NCBI GenBank assembly: GCA_018384735.1
Contig: JAHAXB010000034.1
Span: 19,659-83,658, forward strand
Direction: 5' to 3'
From: Eubacteriales bacterium
Lineage (GTDB): Bacteria > Bacillota > Clostridia > Christensenellales > UBA1242
Length of the DNA: 64,000 nt
Position numbers and translations under genes: made by a program. This document shows, piece after piece, positions 1-9,777 of this stretch. The number at the start of each line of letters is the position of its first letter. Positions within the stretch are counted from its first letter, which is position 1. The notes beneath the pieces are model-generated. The model had not been told where the DNA came from and searched no databases. It saw only the letters and a list, made by a program, of their open reading frames with translations.

Positions 1-2224
1 ATTGTAATTTCTTGCTGCCAATAATCGCGGTCAAGCGTTCAATCAACTCTTTCAATTCTTTTAATTCTTGTTCCAGTTTCAAAACTTCGAGGTTGGTCAA
101 ACGCGCCAAACGCAAATCCAAGATGGCTTGGGCTTGTCGTTCGGACAAACTGAAGCGCTTTTGCAAACGTTCGCGGGCTTCACTGGTGTGTTTACTGGTC
201 TTAATAATTTTAATAACTTCATCGATGTTTTTAACCGCAATCAGCAAGCCTTCCAAAATGTGCGCGCGTGCTTTGGCTTGATCCAATTCAAAGACCGAAC
301 GTTTGTAAATAATTTGGCGTTGGTAGTTGACATAATATTCGATGATTTGCAACAAGCCCATTTGACGCGGTTTACCTTCCGCAATTGCAACCATGTTATA
401 GTTGAAGTTACAGCGTAATTGCGTGTATTTGTACAACTGCTCCACAATTTTGTAGGGGTCGGTATCCTTACGCAATTTAATCAAGATGCGCATACCATCG
501 CGGTTGGATTCGTCGCGAATTTCGGTAATGTTTTGCAAATCCCCTTTCTTATTTTCACGCAAGTCGGCAATGTTTTTTTGTAATTGCACCTTGTTGACTT
601 GGTAAGGTAATTCCGTAATAACAATGTTACGTTTGTCGCCTTCTACTTCGATGTGAACTTTACCCGACATAACGACTTTACCACGACCGGTTTCGTACGC
701 TTGAATCATATTATCATCAGCCACAACCCAGCCCGCGGTCGGGAAATCCGGACCTTTAATAATTTTCAAAACTTGTTTCAAAGTAATTTTCGGGTTATCA
801 ATGAAAGCAACGTGCGCGTCAATCAATTCGCCCAAGTTGTGCGGCGGAATGTTGGTAGCCAAACCAACCGCAATACCGCTGGTACCGTTGGTCAACAAGT
901 TCGGGAAGCGCGCCGGCAAAGTATCGGGTTCGGTGTTACGGTCATCATAAGTCAAAGAGTAAGTAACAGTTTCCTTATCAATATCACGGAGCATTTCCAA
1001 CGCTAACGGAGCCAATTTCGCTTCGGTATAACGCATCGCAGCCGCGGGGTCGCCATCATCCGAACCAAAGTTACCTTGTCCCGAAATTAACGGCATATTC
1101 ATGCTGAACGGTTGAGCCAAACGCACCATCGCGTCATAAACCGAAGTATCGCCATGCGGGTGGTATTTACCCAAACATTCACCGACAATCGCAGCCGATT
1201 TACGGAATGGTTTATCCGGCATCAACCCCATGTCGTTCATGGCAAACAAAATACGACGTTGAACTGGTTTCAAACCATCTTCAACGCGCGGTAAAGCACG
1301 GTCCAAAATAACGAACTCACTGTACGGAATCATACTTTCGTGCATGATGGTTGCAACAGATTTTTCAATGATACCATCGCCGCCTTCTCCGTTTTCGCCG
1401 TTACCATTATCGTTAGCACCAGCGTTTTCTTCCGCGGGGGCTTCCGTTTTTTTACTTTCTTTTTCCGCCAATAATTTTTGACGACGGTTCTCGCGTTCCA
1501 AAATTGGTTTCATAATTGCGGCTTGACGGGCGGCTTCGGCTTCATCTTGCAAGTCTTTTTCCGACATGGTTACCACAGCATCAATATTGGCAATATGAGC
1601 GTGACTGGCGGTTTCAACCACCTTGCTAACTTCTTGCGGTACATCGTCCAAAGTCAACGCGGTTGCTTCATTTACCGCGACCGCAGGTTCGGGTTCAACC
1701 GGAGTTTCCGTTTCGGCTTCCGCTGTTGCTTCGGCTTCCACAGGTGTTTCAACAGCTGGTGTTTCTTCCATGACTGGTTCTTCTTCGACAACTTCCTCTT
1801 CGACGGATTCTTCCTCAACGACCGGTTCCTCTTCAACTAATTCTTCCGCGACCGGTGCTTCTTCGACCGGCGCTTCGGCAACTGGTTCTTCCGCTTCAAC
1901 CGTTGCGGTTACTTCTGCCTCATCCTCGGCAACCACTTCTGGTTCCACAGTTGCTTCGGCTTCTTCGACAGTTTCCTCTTCCGCATTTGCGACATCATCC
2001 ACAAGCGCTTGGGTTGCTTCGTCAACCGTTTCCACCTCAGATTCGGATTCCACGTCAGATGTCGTATCCTCAACGACCTCTTCCGCCGTGGTTACTTCGT
2101 CCATGGTTACGTCCGTTTCCGCAGTTGTGTCAGCTTCCGCGACGGGTTCATCTTGCTGGGTGCTGACTGGTTCATCAAAATTGACGGAATTTTCGTCGTC
2201 AATCAAATCATCAAACTCACTCAT
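1..2224 (-). CDS. gyrA: Type IIA topoisomerase subunit A (GyrA/ParC family); 3' end cut by the window edge; long acidic N-terminal extension
   Basis: The minus frame is open from ATG 2224 (overlapping the gyrB stop, ATGAGTGA) to the window edge, so it is absent from the ORF track. Manual translation gives [47 protein letters not shown] and [11 protein letters not shown]. GyrA versus ParC cannot be resolved by eye. Confidence 0.85.
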   Translation of the reverse strand, partial: MSEFDDLIDDENSVNFDEPVSTQQDEPVAEADTTAETDVTMDEVTTAEEVVEDTTSDVESESEVETVDEATQALVDDVANAEEETVEEAEATVEPEVVAEDEAEVTATVEAEEPVAEAPVEEAPVAEELVEEEPVVEEESVEEEVVEEEPVMEETPAVETPVEAEATAEAETETPVEPEPAVAVNEATALTLDDVPQEVSKVVETASHAHIANIDAVVTMSEKDLQDEAEAARQAAIMKPILERENRRQKLLAEKESKKTEAPAEENAGANDNGNGENGEGGDGIIEKSVATIMHESMIPYSEFVILDRALPRVEDGLKPVQRRILFAMNDMGLMPDKPFRKSAAIVGECLGKYHPHGDTSVYDAMVRLAQPFSMNMPLISGQGNFGSDDGDPAAAMRYTEAKLAPLALEMLRDIDKETVTYSLTYDDRNTEPDTLPARFPNLLTNGTSGIAVGLATNIPPHNLGELIDAHVAFIDNPKITLKQVLKIIKGPDFPTAGWVVADDNMIQAYETGRGKVVMSGKVHIEVEGDKRNIVITELPYQVNKVQLQKNIADLRENKKGDLQNITEIRDESNRDGMRILIKLRKDTDPYKIVEQLYKYTQLRCNFNYNMVAIAEGKPRQMGLLQIIEYYVNYQRQIIYKRSVFELDQAKARAHILEGLLIAVKNIDEVIKIIKTSKHTSEARERLQKRFSLSERQAQAILDLRLARLTNLEVLKLEQELKELKELIERLTAIIGSKKLQ

Positions 2225-4229
2225 TGGCACCTCCTAATTTACTCTTCACCGCTTTCGTGGCGGTATCGTCCTGCTTATTAAAGTTCGCATACTTGCTAAT
2301 GTAGTTGCGTCGGCTTTCGATATCATCACCCATCAAAGTGGTAATCAAGCGTTCCGCTTCCGCAGCATCATCCAAAGTGATACGGCACAATTTACGGGTC
2401 TTGGGGTTCATGGTTGTTTCCCACAGTTGTTCCGCGTTCATTTCACCCAAACCTTTGTAACGTTGGACGCTGGCGCCTTTAACCTTTTTCGTGACTTCTT
2501 TCAATTCGTTGTCATCGTAACAATAGTGACTGTAATCCTTTTTATAAACCTTGAATAACGGTGGCATACCCGTATAAACGTGACCTTGCGCAATTAAGTC
2601 TTTCATGTAACGGAAGAAGAAGGTCAACAGAATTGAACGAATGTGGCCACCATCTTGGTCAGCATCCGCCAAAATAATTACTTTGTGATAACGTAAATTA
2701 TCCAAGTTGAAATCTTCACCAATACCCGTACCTAATGCACCAATCAAAGTACGGAACTCTTCGTTTTCCAAAACTTGGTCAATACGTTTCTTTTCCGCAT
2801 TCAATGGTTTACCACGTAACGGCAAAATCGCTTGAATACTGCGGTCACGTCCCTGTTTTGCGGTACCACCCGCACTATCACCTTCAACGATGAAGATTTC
2901 GTTCATTTCCGGACGGCGACCACTGCAACTTGCCAACTTACCAATCAACACGCTGCCGTCAATACTGTTCTTACTACGGGCAATATCTTTGGCCTTACGC
3001 GCAGCTTCACGCACACGGGCGGCCGCTTTCGCTTTATTAATGATAATTTCTAGCAAACTTTTTTTGTCCGCTGATTTATCTGCATCCTTGAAATATTCCA
3101 ACAAACTGTTATAGGTAAAAGTTTCCACCGCAATTTTGGCTTCGGGGTTACCTAACTTAGTTTTGGTTTGTCCTTCAAACTGGACCTCTTGCATTTTAAT
3201 CGAAAGCACAGCGGTCATACCTTCACGGTAATCTTCCCCCTGTAAAGCGTTGTCTTTTTCTTTGAACAGACCGAACTGTTTACCTAATTGGTTAAAGGCA
3301 CGAGTAATCGCGCTCTTAAAACCGGTTTCGTGCGTACCACCTTCCGAAGTCGGAATGTTGTTGACGTACGAGAAAATACTTTCGACGAAACCATCGGTAT
3401 GTTGAATAGCGAAAGTAATCGGCATCTTGTCGGTTTGTCCAGCAATGACGAACGGTACTTTGTACAAAGTATTTTTACCTTCGTTCAGGTATGTAACGAA
3501 GTCCGCGACACCACCATCAAATTTATAAACACATTCGCGTGAAAATTCTGCATCATCAGGTTGAATGCGTTCATCAATCAAAGTAATTTCTGCACCCTTA
3601 TTCAGGAATGCCAATTCTTCCAAACGTTGTGAAATCACTTTGTAATCGAACTTAGCGTGATTGAACATTTCCTCGTCCGGCAAGAAATGCACGCGGGTAC
3701 CGTTCTTAATGGTGCGACCCACCACTTTTAATGGTGCATCCGCCACACCCCAGTGCATTTGTCCATCGTGTGGATCCATATGTGGCGAGAAACGCACATA
3801 GTGCTCTTTACCATCTTTATAGACGGTAACTTCGCAATAATCCGAAAGCGCGTTTACGACCGAAGCACCGACCCCGTGCAAACCACCCGAAAAACTGTAA
3901 TTGTTGTTATCAAATTTACCACCCGCGTGCAATTCGGTATAAACCATTTCGACACCGGAAATTTTTAATTCATGGTGAATATCAACCGGGATACCGCGCC
4001 CGTTATCTTCAACCGTAATGGAGTTATCGGAATGAATGATGACTAACAACTTATTACCGAAGCCGTTAGCGATTTCATCAATACCATTATCGACGATTTC
4101 CCACAACAAATGGTGCATACCCTTGGAACCCGTAGTACCAATGTACATACCGGGACGTTTACGTACTGCATCCAGCCCTTTTAATAATGTCAAATTACCA
4201 GCAGTATATGTCTGTTTTTCGTTTGCCAT
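2217..4229 (-). CDS. gyrB: Type IIA topoisomerase subunit B (GyrB/ParE family)
   Basis: Motifs [50 protein letters not shown] and [11 protein letters not shown] are present. Start chosen at ATG 4229 (MANEKQ), 7 nt after a TGgTATAAT box. The ORF-track start at 4253 lies upstream of that -10 box. Confidence 0.9.
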   Translation of the reverse strand: MANEKQTYTAGNLTLLKGLDAVRKRPGMYIGTTGSKGMHHLLWEIVDNGIDEIANGFGNKLLVIIHSDNSITVEDNGRGIPVDIHHELKISGVEMVYTELHAGGKFDNNNYSFSGGLHGVGASVVNALSDYCEVTVYKDGKEHYVRFSPHMDPHDGQMHWGVADAPLKVVGRTIKNGTRVHFLPDEEMFNHAKFDYKVISQRLEELAFLNKGAEITLIDERIQPDDAEFSRECVYKFDGGVADFVTYLNEGKNTLYKVPFVIAGQTDKMPITFAIQHTDGFVESIFSYVNNIPTSEGGTHETGFKSAITRAFNQLGKQFGLFKEKDNALQGEDYREGMTAVLSIKMQEVQFEGQTKTKLGNPEAKIAVETFTYNSLLEYFKDADKSADKKSLLEIIINKAKAAARVREAARKAKDIARSKNSIDGSVLIGKLASCSGRRPEMNEIFIVEGDSAGGTAKQGRDRSIQAILPLRGKPLNAEKKRIDQVLENEEFRTLIGALGTGIGEDFNLDNLRYHKVIILADADQDGGHIRSILLTFFFRYMKDLIAQGHVYTGMPPLFKVYKKDYSHYCYDDNELKEVTKKVKGASVQRYKGLGEMNAEQLWETTMNPKTRKLCRITLDDAAEAERLITTLMGDDIESRRNYISKYANFNKQDDTATKAVKSKLGGANE

Positions 4230-4236
4230 ACACGAT

Positions 4237-4264
4237 ATTATACCACTTTTCAAAAAACCATCAA
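4237..4264 (-). promoter_or_regulatory. gyrB promoter: TTGATG-N16-TGgTATAAT, with the -10 ending 7 nt before the ATG (leaderless configuration)
   Basis: Read directly on the minus strand: -35 at 4264-4259, -10 at 4242-4237, ATG at 4229. No Shine-Dalgarno can fit in the 7-nt gap. Confidence 0.6.
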
Positions 4265-4295
4265 AACAGTTATTTTATACAATATATTGTATATG

Positions 4296-4958
4296 TTATA
4301 CACCGGTAACCACTATATACAGAGCGTACTTTTTTAAACTTTCCGCCATTTGGCGAATTTCCGCGTCCGAATACGCCCCGACCGTGCGACACTGCTGAAT
4401 TTGCCAACAAGGAGCCCCCGCAATGATGGTTTGCCCCATATTTTGCAGGTCACCAACGGTTAAACGCGGGGACACCGTAGTGCGGAACAAGTAAGGAATG
4501 CGTTTTTGCGAGCGCAAGTACGCCGCCGTCATTAACACTTTATCAATCGGTAGCCCCGCAATGTCGCGGTACTTACTGGCAGGTGCTTTAATATCTAATG
4601 CAACGTAATCAACCAGCCCCGCTTCCACCACCGTGCGCACAATTTCGGGTCGCGTACCATTGGTATCCAATTTAATCAGCAATCCCAGCGAACGTAGTTG
4701 GCGTAAAATCGGCAATAACGTGGGAGATACGGTAGGTTCGCCTCCACTCACTACCACGGCATCCAGCCACGCGGTGCGCTTTTTCAATTCCGCCAAAACC
4801 ATGGCAAAGTCAAGACAATTTGCCCGTGTATCCAAGATGTGGTAGTTATGACAATAATGACAACGCATATTACACCCCGCCAAGAAAATTACCGCTGCCA
4901 TTTTACCAGGATAATCGATCAGGGATAACTTTTGCCAACCCGCAATTCGAATTGCCAT
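4296..4958 (-). CDS. nrdG: Anaerobic ribonucleoside-triphosphate reductase activating protein (radical SAM)
   Basis: Has the CNMRCHYCHN (CxxxCxxC) radical-SAM motif and lies immediately downstream of nrdD. Confidence 0.85.
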   Translation of the reverse strand: MAIRIAGWQKLSLIDYPGKMAAVIFLAGCNMRCHYCHNYHILDTRANCLDFAMVLAELKKRTAWLDAVVVSGGEPTVSPTLLPILRQLRSLGLLIKLDTNGTRPEIVRTVVEAGLVDYVALDIKAPASKYRDIAGLPIDKVLMTAAYLRSQKRIPYLFRTTVSPRLTVGDLQNMGQTIIAGAPCWQIQQCRTVGAYSDAEIRQMAESLKKYALYIVVTGV

Positions 4959-4961
4959 CGC

Positions 4962-6761
4962 CTACTCCGTTTTCATCAGGCGATACTTTTTTCGGTCTAA
5001 ATATTCCTGACGCTTACCAGCGTGGTAATTCGCCACCGGACGTAAAAACCCGACCACACGACTCCACACTTCGGTTTCGGCGCCACAATGCTGACAACGC
5101 CACTGCTCGCCCGGCAAATAACCGTGACTGGGACAAATTGAAAACGTGGGTGTAATTGATAAATATGGCAACCGATACCGCGCGAAAACCTTTTGTATTA
5201 AGCGTTTAACCGCCTCAATGTCGTCCAATTTTTCGCCCGTATAAAGGTGCACCACCGTGCCACCCGTATACAAACTTTGCAGTTCGTCCTGCAATTCAAT
5301 CATCCGAAAAATGTCGTCCGTATAACCAACTGGCAACTGGGTGCTGTTCGTGTAATACGGTGCCTGCTTAGTGCCTGCGGTAATAATTTGAGGATAAGCG
5401 GATTGGTCCAAACGCGCAAAACGACTGGCCACCGTTTCCGCCGGAGTAGCTTCCAAGTTATACACATGCCCTGTGCTTTCCTGATAGGTGCGCAGTTTAT
5501 CCCGCAAAAAATGCATGACCCGTACCGCAAATTGCTGTCCAACCACAGAATCCAAACCCACGCCTTTCAAATTCAGCAAGCATTCCTGCATACCGACAAT
5601 GCCAATAGTACTGAAATGATTATACCAATAATTTCCCGTGCGCTGTTTTACCCCCTGCAAATAATACGCACTGTACGGGTACAAGCCCGCCGCGGTTTGC
5701 GCTTCCACCAGCCGACGCTTAATTTCCAAACTATCCTTGGCCAAGTCCGCCAAATGTTCTAAGCGCACGAAAAAATCACTTTCGTCAACTGCTTGGTATC
5801 CCAAACGCGGTAAATTCAAGGTTACCACTCCGATGCTTCCGGTTAGCGGATTTGAACCAAATAAGCCACCACCCCGTTTACGCAGTTCACGCACATCCAA
5901 CCGTAACCGACAGCACATCGAAACGGCATCTTCGGGGCGCAAATCCGCGTTGATGTAATTAGCGAAATACGGGATTCCGTATTTAGCTGCCATGGCAGTA
6001 ATTTGCGTCATAACTGAACTTTGCCAATCCGTAGCACGCGTAATGTTAATGGTGGGAATGGGAAATGTAAACGCCCGCCCTTGACCATCCCCTGCCAGCA
6101 TGACACGACAAAAGGCCAAATCCAAGCGTTCGATTTCGGCTTGATAATCACCATAGGTAGTTTCCTGTAATGCGCCCCCGATAACAACCGGCGTTTCCCG
6201 CAATGGTACCGGACAGTGGACATCCAAAGTCAGATTGGAAAACGGACATTGGAAACCACTTCGTGTGGCAACATTTAAATTGAAAACGAATTCGCGCAAT
6301 AAAACTTCCAGTTCGTCGTCGCTTAACCCATCGTGGCGAACAAATGGTGCTAAGTAGGTATCAAACGAAGACCACGCTTGCGCGCCCGCTGTTTCACCCT
6401 GTAAGGTAAAAGTCGCATTCACAATTTGGTTCAAGGCCTCATGTAATGTACGCGCGGGTGGCGCGGAAACTTTCCCCGGCACCCCAGTAAATCCCAAGAT
6501 TAACAACTGGTGCAAATCCCAGCCGGCGCAATACGGCCCGAAAAAACCTAAATCGTGCAAATGTAAAGCACCACTCCGGTGCGCAGTCGCAATTTCCGCC
6601 GGATAAATTTGGGTCAAACAATATTCACGCGTGAACGCCTCGCGCAAATGCAAATTCAGCCCACCCACTGAGCGTGCCGTATTCGCATTATTTTTCACGG
6701 TTAAATCATCGTCCCGCAAATAACGGGCGAATAAATCGCTGACAAAATCTTGACTGTCCAT
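4962..6761 (-). CDS. nrdD: Anaerobic (class III) ribonucleoside-triphosphate reductase
   Basis: The C-terminus has a Cys-rich Zn-ribbon-like segment (CPSHG...CQHCG) followed by a glycyl-radical-type SRVVGFLRPV. It is paired with nrdG. Start taken at ATG 6761; the track start at 6764 is TTG. Confidence 0.85.
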   Translation of the reverse strand: MDSQDFVSDLFARYLRDDDLTVKNNANTARSVGGLNLHLREAFTREYCLTQIYPAEIATAHRSGALHLHDLGFFGPYCAGWDLHQLLILGFTGVPGKVSAPPARTLHEALNQIVNATFTLQGETAGAQAWSSFDTYLAPFVRHDGLSDDELEVLLREFVFNLNVATRSGFQCPFSNLTLDVHCPVPLRETPVVIGGALQETTYGDYQAEIERLDLAFCRVMLAGDGQGRAFTFPIPTINITRATDWQSSVMTQITAMAAKYGIPYFANYINADLRPEDAVSMCCRLRLDVRELRKRGGGLFGSNPLTGSIGVVTLNLPRLGYQAVDESDFFVRLEHLADLAKDSLEIKRRLVEAQTAAGLYPYSAYYLQGVKQRTGNYWYNHFSTIGIVGMQECLLNLKGVGLDSVVGQQFAVRVMHFLRDKLRTYQESTGHVYNLEATPAETVASRFARLDQSAYPQIITAGTKQAPYYTNSTQLPVGYTDDIFRMIELQDELQSLYTGGTVVHLYTGEKLDDIEAVKRLIQKVFARYRLPYLSITPTFSICPSHGYLPGEQWRCQHCGAETEVWSRVVGFLRPVANYHAGKRQEYLDRKKYRLMKTE

Positions 6762-6795
6762 CAATTCATCTTATTGGCGGACAATCAATTTGGTG

Positions 6796-7053
6796 TTATT
6801 TACTGGCTAATGCCTGCGTTAAGGCCTTGGCAAGTTGGTCGGGACAGCTGGTGCCACGGCCACGACAATCAATACCTTTTAATTTGGCAATCAACTGTTG
6901 CGCGTTTTGACCTTCCGCCAAAGTCGCAATCCCTACGGTGTTACCTGGGCAACCGCCAATAAATTCAACATTGTGTACCACATCGTCTTCATCCAACATG
7001 AAACGAATTTGCATGGAACAAACCCCTTTGGGTTGGTAATTAAACTGACGCAT
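6796..7053 (-). CDS. Small TSCPD-domain protein (TIGR03905-like), commonly found next to RNR genes
   Basis: 85 aa with GVCS...FIGGCPGN...GTSCPDQLAKAL, which includes the name-giving TSCPD motif. Confidence 0.7.
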   Translation of the reverse strand: MRQFNYQPKGVCSMQIRFMLDEDDVVHNVEFIGGCPGNTVGIATLAEGQNAQQLIAKLKGIDCRGRGTSCPDQLAKALTQALASK

Positions 7054-7618
7054 TATCGTGATCCTCCCCTTCCACTAAGTGGTTGTAAATAAATTCATAA
7101 ATTTCGGGCGCCATATCTTTCCAACGTGCAGCAGCCCGCATCGCGTCGGCACGTGATGGCACACGTAATTTCAACTCCATCAAATTATACGGACGACCGG
7201 TATAATCTTTAATCATAAAAACTGCCGTTTGGGTACCATCCGAATTTTTGAAATAATCGATGCGATACTCTTGGCTACGTTTCATGCGCAATTTATTTTC
7301 GTCGGTATATTTGATAATGCTTTCACGAATGGAAGCCGGAATTTTCGTCCAAAAATGAGCTAAACAGTCGCGACCATCTTTGGTCAAAGTATACATTAAA
7401 TCTCCCGCAGAAGTCTTCCCCACTACAAACTTTACGTCCACAATTTGCGCCAAAGCTTCGCGGTAATCCATGTAGGACATCAAGTCCGGATTGGACATGA
7501 TAATTTCGGACAAAGTATTTTCTGACAATGGAATATCCATCTTTTCAAAGATGAAAAGCAAAATTATTTTGCGAGTTATCTCATCAGCAACAAAATAAGT
7601 ACTACGATTAGTGTTCAC
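7040..7618 (-). CDS. DUF4364-like putative transcriptional regulator (recalled family, uncertain)
   Basis: 192-aa intact ORF whose ends overlap both valS and the TSCPD gene. The family assignment is from memory of Clostridial DUF4364 proteins only. Confidence 0.4.
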   Translation of the reverse strand: MNTNRSTYFVADEITRKIILLFIFEKMDIPLSENTLSEIIMSNPDLMSYMDYREALAQIVDVKFVVGKTSAGDLMYTLTKDGRDCLAHFWTKIPASIRESIIKYTDENKLRMKRSQEYRIDYFKNSDGTQTAVFMIKDYTGRPYNLMELKLRVPSRADAMRAAARWKDMAPEIYEFIYNHLVEGEDHDNASV

Positions 7619-9764
7619 CGGTCAAATTATATAATAGTTCCTGAAATCTGGCAAGTTTCTCTTGTTCTTCCTTAACTAAGGCCGCCGGTGCTTTGGCTAC
7701 AAAACCAGGGTTACCCAACATACGGGAAGAACGTGCAATTTCGGCGCGGTAATGCTCCACCAACGCCTTGGTGTCAACCGGTGCGGGGGCTACTGGTTCG
7801 GCTTTCGCTTTGGTTTGCGGTTTACATTCTTCGATGTACTTGTCGCAGAAATCCGTCCAGAACCATTGTTGTAATTCGTTTGCTGCAATGCCAAATTCGT
7901 ACTTTTCGTAACGGCGCGTAATGGTACGAATAATTTTATTCAAACTGGTTTGCATCCAATGTTTGGAACCCTTGACCGGAGTTGGGAATGGTTCAAACGC
8001 CAAATCAGTGTTGTGTCCTAATTCATGCCAAATTTGTTCGGTAATGTACGGTGCAATCGGGTGCAACATTTTAATGAAACTTTCCAAAGCATTGACCAAC
8101 AAAGCGTTATCCTTGTGCATTAAAACGAACTTGGTCGCATTCCAAATCTTGTTCATGAAATAACGTGCTTTGGTAATTTTTTCATCACCATAGTTCGGGT
8201 CACGGTCCAAGCTGGAGCCAAACAACAAGGAATAACGCAAAACGTCACAACCGTGTTGTTCGATGATGTCCAACGGGTCAATACCATTGCCCAAGGATTT
8301 ACTCATTTTGCGACCTTGACTGTCACGGACTAAGCCGTGCAGCAAAACCGTGTGGAATGGTAATTGTTTTGTATGGTATAAGCCCGAAAAGACCATGCGG
8401 ATAACCCAGAAGAAAATGATTTCGTAAGCCGTAACCAAAACATCGGTCGGATAGAAATAGTCATAATCAGCTTGGTTTTTGTTCAAAGTCACAAACGGCC
8501 ACAACGCGGACGAAAACCAAGTATCCAATACATCGGTTTCCCCCTCGATTGGGATGCGGTGTCCGGAAATTAACTGGCGCGAAATACACCAATCTTTTAT
8601 GTTATTCAACCAGTGTAAATAAATTTTTTGGAACTTCTTTGGTACGATGTTCAAACCATTGTTCAAAGCTTCAATCGCGGGTTGCGCCAAATCATGCATT
8701 TTCACAAACCATTGTTTAGAAATGGCGGGTTCAACCATTTGGTGGCAACGGTAGCATTGACCAATATTGGAAACATGTTCCTTGGTCGCCACCAGTAACC
8801 CCTGCGCTTGTAAATCTTTAACCACCGCAGCACGAGCTTCCGCTACGGTCATGCCGGCATACTTGCCAACATACGCGCCGAACAATTTGCCATTTTCGTC
8901 GATGACCTTAATATAGGATAGGTTATGGCGCTCCGCAACTTCGTAGTCGTGGTGATCGTGCGCAGGTGTAATTTTAACCGCACCAGTACCAAATTTCATA
9001 TCCACGGATTCGTCGGCGATGACCGGAATTTCGCGGTTACAAAGTGGCAATGGAATGGTTTTACCGATAATGTTTTGATAGCGTTTATCATTCGGGTTGA
9101 CCGCCACCGCGACATCACCGAACAAAGTTTCGGGACGCGTAGTAGCAACACGAATGGGTCCGTATTGAATCGTCCAAATTTGGCGTTTGACTTCATTGTA
9201 TTCAACCTCAATTTCGGACAAGGCGGTATGGCAGGTCGGACACCAGTTAATCATGCGTTCGCCTTGGTAAATGTAACCATCTTTGTACAAACGGTGGAAA
9301 GCTTTGTTGACCTCCTCCTTACAATGGTCATCCATAGTAAAGGTAAAACGGGTCCAGTCGCAAGACAAGCCCAAGCGTTTGAACTGGTTGCAAATAATGG
9401 CTTGATATTTATCATACCACTTTTGAATGCGTTCCATGAATTGTTCACGGGTCAAGTCGTTTTTGTTCAGTCCCTCTTTTTTTAATTCCTCCACCACTTT
9501 GGCTTCGGTCGCAATGGCAGCATGGTCGGCGCCGGGCAACATCAAAGTTTCGTAGCCCTGCATACGTTTGAAACGAATTAATGCATCGATAATGGTACAG
9601 TTAAAAGCGTGACCAATATGTAATTTACTGGTAATGTTCGGCGGTGGCATAATTACCGTGAAAGGTTTCTTATCACGATTGACATGGGCTTGGAAAACAT
9701 TTTCATCCACCCAATGTTGGTTATAGTAGGCCTCGCAGGCCTTAAAATCAAAAATTTTATCCAC
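7608..9764 (-). CDS. valS: Valyl-tRNA synthetase, unusually short (718 aa) with non-canonical order of anticodon-domain segments
   Basis: Motifs PPPNITSKLHIGH (HIGH), TRPETLFGDVAVAV, DTWFSSALWPF and KMSKSLGN (KMSKS) are present, plus a C-terminal coiled coil with GFVAKAP. GTG start lies 13 nt after the ftsK stop. Confidence 0.85.
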   Translation of the reverse strand: MDKIFDFKACEAYYNQHWVDENVFQAHVNRDKKPFTVIMPPPNITSKLHIGHAFNCTIIDALIRFKRMQGYETLMLPGADHAAIATEAKVVEELKKEGLNKNDLTREQFMERIQKWYDKYQAIICNQFKRLGLSCDWTRFTFTMDDHCKEEVNKAFHRLYKDGYIYQGERMINWCPTCHTALSEIEVEYNEVKRQIWTIQYGPIRVATTRPETLFGDVAVAVNPNDKRYQNIIGKTIPLPLCNREIPVIADESVDMKFGTGAVKITPAHDHHDYEVAERHNLSYIKVIDENGKLFGAYVGKYAGMTVAEARAAVVKDLQAQGLLVATKEHVSNIGQCYRCHQMVEPAISKQWFVKMHDLAQPAIEALNNGLNIVPKKFQKIYLHWLNNIKDWCISRQLISGHRIPIEGETDVLDTWFSSALWPFVTLNKNQADYDYFYPTDVLVTAYEIIFFWVIRMVFSGLYHTKQLPFHTVLLHGLVRDSQGRKMSKSLGNGIDPLDIIEQHGCDVLRYSLLFGSSLDRDPNYGDEKITKARYFMNKIWNATKFVLMHKDNALLVNALESFIKMLHPIAPYITEQIWHELGHNTDLAFEPFPTPVKGSKHWMQTSLNKIIRTITRRYEKYEFGIAANELQQWFWTDFCDKYIEECKPQTKAKAEPVAPAPVDTKALVEHYRAEIARSSRMLGNPGFVAKAPAALVKEEQEKLARFQELLYNLTGEH

Positions 9765-9777
9765 GAATTACAGTTTA

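Noticed and set aside
1623-2237. Long plus-strand ORFs in the track, antisense to real genes. Examples are the 204-aa S/T-rich ORF at 1623-2237, 1855-2166, 8925-9485, 15925-16491 and 35290-35608.
   Set aside because: They lie antisense to well-supported conserved genes (gyrA, valS, pnp, dnaJ). They have low-complexity or odd composition and no start signals. They are shadow ORFs caused by codon bias on the coding strand.
6781-6796. ACACCAAATTGATTGT (minus strand) between the TSCPD gene and nrdD resembles an NrdR box (acaCwAtATaTwGtgt).
   Set aside because: Only ~11/16 positions match, there is no tandem second box at the usual ~31-32 bp spacing, and it overlaps a stop codon. This is too weak to call.
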